From: Lenisia limosa | Lineage: Eukaryota > Protista > Breviatea | Assembly: GCA_001655205.1 (NCBI GenBank) | Contig: LPNZ01007893.1 | Location: 1-39,558, forward strand | Reading direction: 5' to 3' | Length of the DNA: 39,558 bases | Shown: positions 11,301 through 22,502 of the stretch, piece after piece | How the letters are laid out: each line of letters opens with the position of its first letter | Numbering within the stretch: position 1 is the first letter of the stretch | Position numbers and translations under genes: made by a program | Notes under the pieces: generated by a model | Told to the model about the DNA's origin: nothing | What the model saw: only the letters and a program-made list of their open reading frames with translations | The model's database searches: none

Positions 11301-13469
11301 CTCGAAGTGTTGTGCAGAGTGATGAAACGGCTGTCTATGTCAATGGGAGACGCTACATCAAACTTGAGGTTGCCGCAGTAGTCTTCTGGGCTGGCAATAT
11401 GTGAGCTGTTTCTCATCATCTGTAGATTATTGGAAAGGGAGGAAGTGGAAAGGTGTTCAAGGTAATGCATAGTGACAGTTACCAAATATTTGCGCTGAAG
11501 CGAGTCAAACTACAGGTTGGCTATCTATGCAAGGCTATATTGAGCTATATTGGTAACATTTTTGCCACCTGACTTCCCAGGGGGCGGATCGGACCACTGT
11601 TCAATCCTATATCAATGAAATCAAGTTACTCCGCGATCTCAGAAACAAGGAGTCAATTGTCCAGCTGTTTGATGCCGAGGTTTGGCCGTATTGTCCTGTC
11701 ATATCTAGGTCAATTTAAAGGAGGGTACTATCTATTTGGTGCAAGAAGTCGGCGACTGTGACTTCAACAAACTGTTGAAAAAGTGGAGTTTTATCTTGGT
11801 TTCTCACCTCTTTAAGGCATGTAAACAAAGGAATATCGCCAAACAATATCCGTGTTTGGTGGCAGCAGATGTTAGAAGCAGGTGAGTGTTGGGTGTTTTA
11901 AAAAGATTTTCTCTCACTTCTTCAGTTCTTACCGCGCATGATGCTCGAATTGTGCATGGTGATTTAAAGCCTGCAAACTTCATTGTTGTGCAAGGAGTCC
12001 TAAAAGTATGTCAGAACTACCACTTCATATTTTGTTTAGTTGATCGATTTCGGGATTGCCAAAGCAATTAACAATGACACAACCAACATCTATCGAGACA
12101 ATCAAGTCGGAACCGTCAATTACATGAGCCCTGAGGTAAGTAGACGCAATGGACTAAAGAAGGGTAATCGTAGTATTGTAAGAAAAATGGTACATTCGCT
12201 TTTTTTTCAGATCAAACTCAACATTATGAGAAGCTTTAGTCGTATCCTGACCATTTCAGGCTCTTCAAGACCCCCATGATTCTGGAGGCCACAAAATGAA
12301 AGTAAGCATATCTGGGTTTTATTGATTAGAAATTCCATATCTTTTAGGACGGCAGTTAGTTCATGTAGCATATTCAATCTGGCATAATCTGACCACTAGG
12401 TTGGAAGAGCGTCAGACATCTGGTCTCTTGGATGCATTCTCTATCAGGTTTGTTCCTCGAAAATATCAATATTTTCTTCATTGATTTGATAACTTGGATT
12501 TTGGTGGTGATGTTAGGTTATTCTTGAGCCTGGTGTTGAAGATATCTGGATTAGCCCAACAATTTGTCAGTTTTTCTCACGCACAGATGGCGTTTGGCGT
12601 ACTTCCCTTCGGCAGGTTGAACTTGATACAGAAACTACAGGCAATCATGAACCCAAAACAAGTCATACATTTCCCGAATCATAAAGACGAGGTCAGTTAT
12701 ACGTTTTCTGATGAAACTGTCTTTGTCATTTCTCATCAAGCAGCTTCTTGTCGATGTAATCAAGAAATGTCTCGAAAGAAACCCAGCCAAGCGCCCATCC
12801 ATTCCTGACCTCCTCTCTCACCCTTTCCTCAACCCTGACGTTCTCCATTTGGTTTGTCTAGATTTCTTCTTCCAGTGTTTACATTTGCAACCTCAATTGC
12901 AAAACAAATTTCCCGTTTCAAACACGGCCAGGTTCCAATACCCTGACTCTTCAGAATCCCTCATCAGGGCTTTCAGCGCAGCAAGTGGCGACAATGCTTG
13001 TCAAGCTTGGCGCTGTCCAGGGCCCAGAGGAGGAAGTTGCCTCCGTCCTTTCGTCCTTCTGTGGTTCCGCTCCAAACATCGATCAAATTCTTCAAGCTCT
13101 CAATTCACTCAAAGTAAGCTCTCTTTCTCTATCTCTCTTTCACACCTCCCCCCTCTNNNNNNNNNNNNNNNNNNNNNNNNNNNNNNNNNNNNNNNNNNNN
13201 NNNNNNNNNNNNNNNNNNNNNNNNNNNNNNNNNNNNNNCCTCTGCCCCAAAAACTTCGTCCGCTCCTCCCCTTCCTCCAAGACCCAAGCTCCCCCCAAGA
13301 CCCCCATCATCTCAAGGTCTGTGGGGGTATGGGCTTGTCAAACTGGACATTTCATCGGGACAACCGTGTTGTTATTGCGTTTTTCTTCCACTATCAGCAG
13401 CATCTTGCATTTATTGAAAATTACATCGCAGCTTTAGCGAAAGCCAAGAGTGAGGCTGAAGCAAAGTAG
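8393..13469 (+). CDS. MPS1: Dual-specificity kinase MPS1/TTK, multi-exon; kinase domain about 11330-12835; 5' and 3' ends uncertain (may continue to about 13950)
   Basis: [10 protein letters not shown]|[40 protein letters not shown]|[27 protein letters not shown]|[48 protein letters not shown]|[25 protein letters not shown]. The DFGIA..I..DTT.I.RD.QVGT.NYMSPE segment is diagnostic for MPS1. An in-phase S/T/P-rich exon chain can be traced upstream to ATG 8393. Confidence 0.9.
8919..9074. repeat. Minisatellite, 5 copies of a 32-bp unit, inside a predicted MPS1 intron (8915-9121)
   Basis: Consensus TTCCGCCATTTAAACCTGTATGGAGGGGGGCT. Units start at 8919, 8951, 8983, 9015 (28-bp deleted copy) and 9043. 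Confidence 0.95.
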
Positions 13470-14154
13470 GTTCCCGGGGTTATAGATCTGTTTGACTTGC
13501 TTGACTTGCTTCTTTAAGAAGTACTATGCTATATAATCTCTTGAGAAGACAGTACTTTGGATTCATTTGTGAAAAGAATATACTATATCATATATTACAC
13601 GAGCTGTTCTAATCCTTCTTTAGATCCAAGAAAGAGCCACCGCCGTCCCCCCAAGATCTCCACTCAATTCTAAAAAAGGCATNNNNNNNNNNNNNNNNNN
13701 NNNNNNNNNNNNNNNNNNNNNNNNNNNNNNNNNNNNNNNNNNNNNNNNNNNNNNNNNNNNNNNTATTGGATTGATGGCTTCATGTATTGAAGCAGTAATT
13801 GAAAATTCATCTCACACTCCAGCAAGTTTCTGAAAGCGAACAACACAGTCCTAATGGGTGGACCCAAGCTTTTGCCTAATTTATTCTATTGTTTCCGATT
13901 CTAAGTATTTCTTTTTTCTTTTTCTTTTATTGATAGACTGTTCTGAGTTCAGTTAGGTATGGGTTATTGTTGGTATATTAAGGGGTCTGAAATGACATAG
14001 AGCTGTTTCTTGTTGGCTAACGTTCTTTCAAATCGACTGTGGTGTTTGTTGAAAAGAACGTGAAATTCAAAAAACCCTCCATAACTATCGATATTACTCA
14101 TCTTTGTGAGCAGGGTGCCAACGCCTTGGGAAGCGGAGAGGATGGAGGCGGAGG

Positions 14155-17037
14155 TCACTGTAGCTTGATAAAGAACTTTGAAATACTTGGCTTCGGTATC
14201 GACGTCAACTTTTCCTTCTTGACCTTCAGAGCGTTATTCGTTACACCGGATTCCAAGCAGTTGTTAACATGTCGGTTTGCTTCTTCCTCTCTACAGAGTA
14301 AGGGCAAGACACTTCTCACCTTGAGAAGGAGAGAGTCTCAGTACATATGGGACACGTTAATCTACTGAATTAGTGGATACCACCAGGTATTATTTTTTAA
14401 CAAATTGACAAAACCCACCTTGTTTCCTCCTGATTGGGTTTAATTAAACCTATTGGAGAGGCCTCTCTGTGGAAATGAAAGAGCAGTAATTCGCAAACAC
14501 AATCCTGTCAAAACCAACATTGGAGGTGGTAGGAGGTCAACTTCCTCCTCCTCTGCCACATCGACACATGAGTTGACATGGCTTGTGGCTGCAGCAAAAC
14601 TGAAGAGGAAGAAGAAATGGCGCATTTTTTGCCAAATCAAGAATAGTGCAAGTTAGCTCAAAAAATATGGATACTATATGATTATATGATATGCATATTG
14701 TATCTTTTCTATCAGTTTTGCTGCTTAAACAGTGTGAGACTCGCAACAAAAAAACATGAAAACATATCATTGGTTTCATTTATTACTCGATATAGCTTAC
14801 CTTAGATTTGACAAGTTTTCCTGACAAATGGGACAAACAGTGTCCACTGCTGGTACAGCTTTTCCTAACAAGTGAGTGGCATTGTAGGGTTGTTTTCCAC
14901 ATAAATATTGAGCATAACATAAAATATGTTATCCAACCTACCAAAGAGTGATGTTATTGGCGTTGTGACTGAAACAAAATTACTAGCTCTCACACCCAAA
15001 AGTCGCAAGGATGCTGGAAGAATGTCCTAACAGTCAGGAACGGAAAAGAACCTACATCAAGAAGATTCAGAGCTAAAATGTAAAAAAAAAAAACTTCCAA
15101 TTACCTGATGATTCAATTTCATGAAAGTCATTTGTAGCTTTTGAAAGAGTTGTTGACCTTGAGAAAACCTTTCATGGTGATAATGTTGAAATAATAATGA
15201 TTGTGGGCTGATGATAATGATGATAATAATCAATAGATGATGAAATGCTACTAATGATATACTACTACAATATATAATAACAGCCTCACACCTTAAAGTT
15301 TGTGGTTTTAGCCTTGATACTTATGGTAATAGCTCTTATTTCTTCTTCCTTCAGTGAACTTGAAACCTACTCAATTTTCAGTTTTGGTACTAAGAGAATC
15401 CAAGCCAAACATGGGCAGAATAATTCCAATAGTTTCCAACCTTATAAGCAATGTCTGAAATGAACTGACGTAAAACTGCAATTGAAGAGGTCCCGCCAAA
15501 AGTTCTCTCAGCTGACAGGCTTTTTCGTTCTTCGCGTCTAAATGGTAAGAACAAAGGGCAACAAATCTACAAAGGACTATGAACAAAAAGGTGCTAGTAT
15601 CAGCATTATGGCATCCCCACCCCCCCGGATTAAATATCGATATACTATATCAGACATGCCAACTTGATATGGTCTTCTCCGCCGATTCCGAGGGCAGAGG
15701 CAAAATAAAAACTCGAGGCCCTTTCATTGAAAAGTCCTGCAATGATATAACGATTATCTAAGACATCTTGACAGGTGTGTATACCCAGTGCAGCCAATTC
15801 TGCTTGTTGAACCTGGGGGTAAGACTATGGAATTCATACCTTTCCTATCCCTCCAATTTTTTTAACATTTAATTTTTTCATAAAATTGATACACGCCTCT
15901 TTAGTCGACCCAACAATCTACAGTATTAAGACACGGCCCTTTACCGTTTGTCCATTAGGCTTATTGAAGTCTGAGGCGGTTTTTGAGATGAGTCTATTTG
16001 GCCCGGCTCCAGCGCTACACGTCAATTGCGTCTCACTGAAAAGTAAACACCTATTCTTGGCAGCCTCACTCAAACACCTTCTGTCGAATTTCAACCGTGA
16101 GGGTGGCTATGTCAAGTTCGGGGTGGATTTTGAGGTAATCGGTCACGTTCAATTGTGCTTCATCAAGCGACATTGCCAATGTTACAAATAAATAGCAATA
16201 CCGTAAAATTGGGATCGTATTGGGCGAAAACCGCTTGAATTTTGTTTGCTTCCTTCCTGTACAAGCCAGATGTCATTGGAACAATCTTCAAATGTGGACA
16301 CAGTTTCTGAATCAGTTATTCCGGACTGGATGACATGATTTGGCACTCTTGCAAATGGTACATATAATATTAAGTTATCTATGGTTACAAATACACTGCA
16401 CTGTCAATTTTCGAGTATTATTGAGAAATGTAATACGCAGCAGATGATAGAAACAAGATTTCTACGTCGCTCAGGAGCCTCCCACCAATGCAATGAACCC
16501 TGGCATGGCTGCACGAACGCCATACTTCCGTGCCTCATAATTGGAAGTACTCAACATTGACATTCCTCCAACTGCAATGGGGATTCCCTTTCGTCAGAAG
16601 AGAAAGAAACAAACTTTCAGAGAAGGGTTTAGTTTTTCTTCACAGGCGGCAAAGAAAGCGTCCATATCAATATGAATCCAATTCGTTGTCAATCCTCTTG
16701 ATTCTTCAAGTGTTTCCAGAAAGACATCAGTTGCTCTTATGTGATTGTCATCTGAGAATGAAATTGGCTAGTGAACTACTAACCTATTCGGAGTGTTTCC
16801 TTTCGTCTTAATAATTGATTAACAACTTCCTGGGTCTTTTTTGCCTTTTTGAGTTCATTTTGATAATATGCAGAGTTCTAAAAAGTCAACTCACACAATC
16901 AATACTTACCTTGGACGCTTCAAAAATGATACAATTGATCTTATCCTGGTCAACTTCTATATAATTAGTTTTGCTGACTTATTAGCCTTCCTACTTTCCA
17001 TCCCTCCTTTCAGTGAAATGCCCATTCTTTTGGACAT
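14155..17037 (-). CDS. POLK: Y-family DNA polymerase kappa with two C-terminal UBZ zinc fingers; about 19 introns
   Basis: KGGMEK|VDQDKINCIIFEASK; WIHIDMDAFFAACE; PIAVGGMSMLSTSNYEARKYGVRAAMPGFIA; KLCPHL; YDPNFT|AMSLDEA; LTCSAGAGPNRLISKTASDFNKPNGQ; KKIGGIGK; RKSLSAERTF; LRLLGVRASNF; UBZ fingers CPICQENLSNLSFAAATSHVNSC and CPICTETLSFSREEEANRHVNNC; terminal PIP-like ISKFFIKLQ*. Start codon uncertain by a few codons. Confidence 0.95.
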
Positions 17038-17082
17038 TACCTCATTGGAGACAGACGGCTGACCCTCTGCCTAGTAGTAACA

Positions 17083-19016
17083 ATGAGAACGAGTCGACTG
17101 GAAATATTGGTGTTTCTATTATTACTTGTCTATTCTCTACATGTCTAACCAATCAATACCCAGCTCTCAGTAGATATCGATGGGCTCTTTGTAAACACAT
17201 ACAAGCTTACTATATCTGATATTTCGAAATCGTCTTCAACATTTCCCGTGGTCAATACCTTACTGCAGGGTGAGAGGAAGTGCATAAACGTATCATATAG
17301 TATATTCCAGATGATATCACAGCCTAACGCTTTGTTCTCCGTTGGAATGACTGCTTTGAAGTCATCTTTGAGAAGCGGAATACTGGGGGGGGGGGGGGNN
17401 NNNNNNNNNNNNNNNNNNNNNNNNNNNNNNNNNNNNNNNNNNNNNNNNNNNNNNNNNNNNNNNNCAGGGTGAAGAACAACAAAACAACAGGCCAGTCTCT
17501 TAATCTAGGGGTACAAAAGAATACAGCACATAATCAATCAAGAAGAAAGAGAGTGACATATGTCCAAAAACGTTCGTCATTAATTGTTACAGTTTTCCCT
17601 TCGTTTATTATTATTATTTGAATTTGAAATTGACTTGATCATATGACAGACAAAACTCTCAGTGCCTGGCATAAACATTGGCAAAAGGTTTTTTTTAAAA
17701 TAACTTTTCTACGTGGCAATGCAGTCATTGATCTGGATGACGATCCTCTTCTTTTCCTCCAAGCTTCGGTCAGTAACTTGCATCATCATATCTTTTCTAA
17801 ATAACTACTTCATATAATACACAGGTTTCTTGTTGTTCTTTTTCTAGTACATATGATATATATTGCATGTTTTATACTATCGCAAAGTAACTTCACACAC
17901 GGCAAAGAATTGCTACTCCAAGCTCGGGAAGCAGGGCCCAGAGTCTGCCCCCAAGCCTGGAGACAGCAAATAGCTCTAGTTGTTTTTTGATGTATTGTGT
18001 CCAATTATGTCTGGTATCATCCAACTAATATAGGGCCACGCGGTGATAAAGACAAATCGCTTTATATCCATCGCAGACACTGACGCTTTCAACACTAATA
18101 ATGCCCGGTTGAAGTCGAACAGCTATGGAACCTTCAACTTGCCCTATCACCGATCTTGGGAAGCTACAAAGTTATAATGGATACCGAAATGTTCATGGCA
18201 AAATTCCAGGAGCGTGATATCGTCACAACAATACTTTTAAAGGTGCTGACTTGGGGATTAAATGTTCGGCTACGCCTAACTTCAACCTCTTCCTTCACGT
18301 AAGTGTTTTTGGAGATACTGCGGATTTTAAACTATTATGGTTGAATGAATACCCATGTTAATGCAGTTGACATGGATATTGTTTAGCTTGAAGTCTTTTT
18401 AATCCTATTTATGCGATATTCAACGCAATTCACAATACGTTTAAAATTGAACACGTTTGAGGGATGCGGCATTACTGCAATTATGCTTTCTTCTGTCTGT
18501 TCTATACTTACTCCTCAGGAAAGCACCAGTGAATTTGCAGTCATTGTGGATATTCACCTGGGACAAGTAAACTTACTGTGTGTGGACACAGAGGACGGGA
18601 CGGCTTCTGTTGGTTTTTTTTTTTTTTTTTTTATGATGATTTATGGTTTTAGTACTTTGAATCATCCCCAAACAAGATGCTGGGAGACTTGGTGTGCAAG
18701 CGTATTATAAGGCGATGTTGGGCAAAGAAATGGCAATCAAGCCAGGAGTTGGGCATTATACACTCTTTCAAGAAGTATGAAATAAAATATTTAATATCGC
18801 ACTTTTAACAAGCACGTTGTGGACGACGGCGGTCCATGCATTCCACAAGGCACGGGCGAAGTTTCTTCCGCAGTGAAGCATGGTTGTCCTCCTGTGTCTA
18901 ATATTGCGTGGATTATTGGCGTTAATATGATGATATTGTTTTGAGTTGTCTACCTGTTTTTAGTTTATGGTGGTTCGTTTCTTTGCACAGTATTCGGATC
19001 AGTATCGTAATGGTTG
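17083..19016 (+). CDS. Hypothetical intron-rich gene, product unknown
   Basis: Plus-strand T-rich introns with good splice sites (gtaagt at 18299; ctcctcag near 18520; ttaacaag near 18812). Open segments include LWNLQLALSPILGSYKVIMDTEMFMAKFQERDIVTTILLK and DAGRLGVQAYYKAMLGKEMAIKPGVGHYTLFQE|HVVDDGGP. No full in-phase model obtained; strand is favoured, not proven. Confidence 0.3.
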
Positions 19017-19034
19017 AATGTTTGTATAGGAATG

Positions 19035-20065
19035 TCACAAAACAAAAAAAAATTCAATAGCAATGATAATTGACCCCAAGAGAAGGAAAACATGTTTCAG
19101 AGTAACTAACCTTGGCTCATGGGGCTGAACCTCAAGAATGTCGGAATTCTGAGAGAGATCGGAGCTGCTTCCACCGTGCGCGTGTTCCATGAACGCTTGG
19201 TATGAGGCCATACCAAGGATGGGCATTCCGCCTAGAGAGTAAGCCAGCCACGAGTTTATCCAAAGAACGGGTGAGGAGAAAGGGGCTTGTGTATATGTAT
19301 GTATACCAAGGAGTGTGTGAAAGCGTGAAAGCAAATAAAAAGTGTTGGAAGAATCTGCCTGTCTCCCTTGGAGTATAACTCAACGGGTTGATAAAACACC
19401 GTGTCCCCATACCCACCAACCCAATTTACGCGGTTAACCCAATGATACTGATGAAACAGACGAGACAGGTGTGTATGTGCCAATGATGGAATATGGGGGC
19501 TGCTTGTGCTATGGGATGGTGGGTTTTGTCACGGTTTTGTTTAGTTGTTGTTTCGTGTTTTTAAGTGTTGCTGTTCCTCTGCTGCTCAGCTGCTCATCAA
19601 ATAAAATTATTTTTCTTTAAAATGATTGTGGTCTTGTGCCCAGGAGAAATACTCATTTCCAGCTCAGTTTGTGTGCACCTGCTCACCACCAAACTCACCA
19701 CCAGTTTTTGACAAATTCTTGTCTGCTTGTTGTTTGTTCGTGTCAGGTTCGTGTGCTGTATGTAGAGACACAGACCTCTGTTACCAAGGTCCCCCCCCCC
19801 CCCCNNNNNNNNNNNNNNNNNNNNNNNNNNNNNNNNNNNNNNNNNNNNNNNNNNNNNNNNNNNNNNNNNNNNNNNNNNNNNNNNNNNNNNNNGTGGAAAA
19901 AGGGAAAAAGATCAAAATCTTTGTTAGCGGGTTTCCGGGAAGAAACGAATATACTCCGGTACTCCGTGCAGATAAAAAAATCAATCATACATTTACGGGA
20001 ATCAATCATACTGTGTATTTATCCTGTTTTACTAAGCGGGGAAGGGGGGCAGCTTTTAAACACAT
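19035..20065 (-). CDS. Hypothetical gene, possibly with a C-terminal membrane anchor
   Basis: Minus-strand splice signals and overlapping open frames. One ends ...GGMPILGMASYQAFMEHAHGG...LKHVFLLLGSIIIAIEFFFVL*. Frame and start are ambiguous, and a gap lies inside. Confidence 0.3.
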
Positions 20066-20225
20066 CGTGTTTGCAGAAAAAAAACATTTTCTCATTTCAT
20101 CAAGCAGATTTACTTTCTTGGAATTTTTTTTTTGTCAGTAATTTATTGTGAATGATAGTTTTTGTGTTATGTTATGTTCCTATTCTTTTCACCTTGATTC
20201 ACCTTTCCTTCAGCTGGGTTCTGCT

Positions 20226-22395
20226 ATGAGGCAGAGCATCACTCATCCAACATTCATCGACAGTGGTTCTTCGGTTGGTGCTTCTGAGAATTAACTCATT
20301 TACCCTCAAGGTTGAAGTTATCAAGAAGGCTTATCTTCATATATTCGGTACCAGTGCTTCCAAGGTTTGTGTTATGCTTGGAACTTCAAGGGTGAAGCTC
20401 TGGTTTACAATAACAACATATGATATTATCATTTTTGTGAACAATACCAATAAACAAAATTGAACGCTCCTTATTTCATAGTTCCGGGTGCAGTCACAGC
20501 TGCGTCGTGTTGTTGATGTGGTTGCGGTACCGACCAAGGAAATGTCGCTTCAAGAGTTCTTCTTACTGTGGGGGATTGGTAATATGTCTTTTTTGTCCAA
20601 TATCAAAGCTGGGTTCATTGGGTTCTTGGGTTATGAAAACAGAATGAAGAACAGAACAGTTGTAATGTTACTGGAGGGCCATATAATACAGTCATGAATG
20701 ATGGGGATGATGCTCTGTGATGACAACGTGCGGTATTTAATGATTAAGTGACTTACTTACCCCTATAGACCTGAGTCAAAACGGCTGCTCTTAGGTATCG
20801 AGCATTCAGTTGAAAGTAGGTGCACGACCACTGGCAAATCAAAAACAAAAGAATAGTGTTGCTTTTCTTCTCATTTCTATTCGTATTCTTTGGGTCGCCG
20901 GTAGACTTCCCTTTTCCTGTCGCCAGTGCTAATAATTTGATAGTGCCACATTCCTTGATATCTGTGTAGAAGCACCGTCAGCCGAAGATGACCTTGATGT
21001 ATTGTATAACCTTGGCGAGGAGAAGAAGAAGGAAGAGGAAGAGGAAGAGGTCGAGGTGAAGGAGAAGCTCTTCCTCGTTCAACGGTATTATTTCACCAAT
21101 TTAGAATGATTTACCATTTTAGTTGGTATAATGGTGAAGATGTTCCAATAGAGAATTTCATCAATCGCTTACCGCCAAAAAGAGGTTTGAACATGTATAA
21201 TATATGATATAGTTACAAATTATTATACACTTTTTCATCATATTTGACTTTTTGTTTATTGTGAAGATAATATGCCGGGACTCTGACCAAATTATCGTAC
21301 TAAAACTTTAGTGGAACCGAATTTTGCGGCCATCTCTGAGAAGCAGGTTTTTGCGGACATTCAAAAGGCGTTTTCTGACAATGTGACTGAACAAATCACG
21401 TGAGTATGGGATTTTGTGGAATCATCATCCAGTTACATATGATATCTGTAAATTCTTATTTTTTCAAAGAGTATTTTTCAAAAGCACCGCTGTATGATGG
21501 TGAGCTCTTCCTCCCTGTTTTTACGTTGTAGGCTGCTGAAACGTCAAATATCTGTTTTGAGCGAGGATAATGAAAAAAAAGTTGGTCTGAGTACAAGTTA
21601 GTCGATGCTTGGATTTTGTTTGACTAGGATCGCCAAATTGCCGAGTTGAAACCGAAGCGTTTCCGAGTTTGCTTCTCGTTTCAAATTCTAATTCTTGTAG
21701 AAAACCGACAACCAGGAACTTGTTCTTGACATGCTTTATCATACGTGAGGGTTATGTAACTCGTTGTTTTAGCGATTTACAAATATCGCGAATTGTTTCG
21801 GTAAATAAAAGCTCCGAATAGAATATGATGATCCATCTTTATTACATAAAATACAATTGTACTGAACCTCTTTCTCCACGTTTAGATTCAAGAATGATAT
21901 TTTAGGTTCAAGAATGCCTCATCCGACAAGTGCAAAGTAGCTGCCGCAATGGTTCAAGCCATCTTCTCGGGACCCAAAGAGTTGCACTGCTTCTCACATG
22001 AAATTCGTCCTTTTTCCTCAGTTGGCTGACCTTGTTATTCCCTTCATATCGTTTGGCGTTTCTTGGCATTAATCCTTTAGGATAATTGGCAGTTCCTTCG
22101 GATTTTCTCTAGTCTTTTCAAATCTGAGGCTAAAGGAAGCACACGAATTGTTCTTCAAGTAAGTGGGAAATGCCATTAATGCTTGTTGGCAGTTCAGCAG
22201 ACCAAGAATTTCATGCTTTTGTCATCTGATTATTGTAGAATGATTTCAAAGACAGGTTGTTGAAAAGGGGATACAACCCACAAATAAATTGAAGCACAGT
22301 ACATTACACAAAATTGAAGGAGTTTGAAAACATCTCATCTTCTCATTGTTATTCAAACCAACATAACTGTTGTTGTTTTAGGTAATAAGGAATAG
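20226..22395 (+). CDS. Hypothetical protein with an acidic (poly-Glu) stretch and short coiled coil
   Basis: In-phase GT-AG exon chain: VEVIKKAYLHIFGTSASK|FRVQSQLRRVVDVVAVPTKEMSLQEFFLL|...APSAEDDLDVLYNLGEEKKKEEEEEEVEVKEKLFLVQR|WYNGEDVPIENFINRLPPKR|VEPNF...|LLKRQISVLSEDNEKK|DRQIAELKPKRFR. Both ends uncertain; no family recognised. Confidence 0.5.
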
Positions 22396-22502
22396 AAGAT
22401 GTTCCAATGTCATGAAAACGGCTGTGATGAGATGGATCCGCATCTTTTATGGGACCTTTTCGTCTTTTCTTTCCCGTCCGAAAGACTTATTGTTCTAAAA
22501 CG

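Noticed and set aside
16655-16690. POLK steric-gate Phe (DMDAFF rather than DMDAFY)
   Set aside because: Phe at this position is normal in DinB-family polymerases.
17040-19000. N-terminal fusion of an upstream minus-strand gene to POLK
   Set aside because: POLK already has its expected N-terminus near 17037. Intron polarity from 17600 to 19000 favours the plus strand, and no in-phase join was found.
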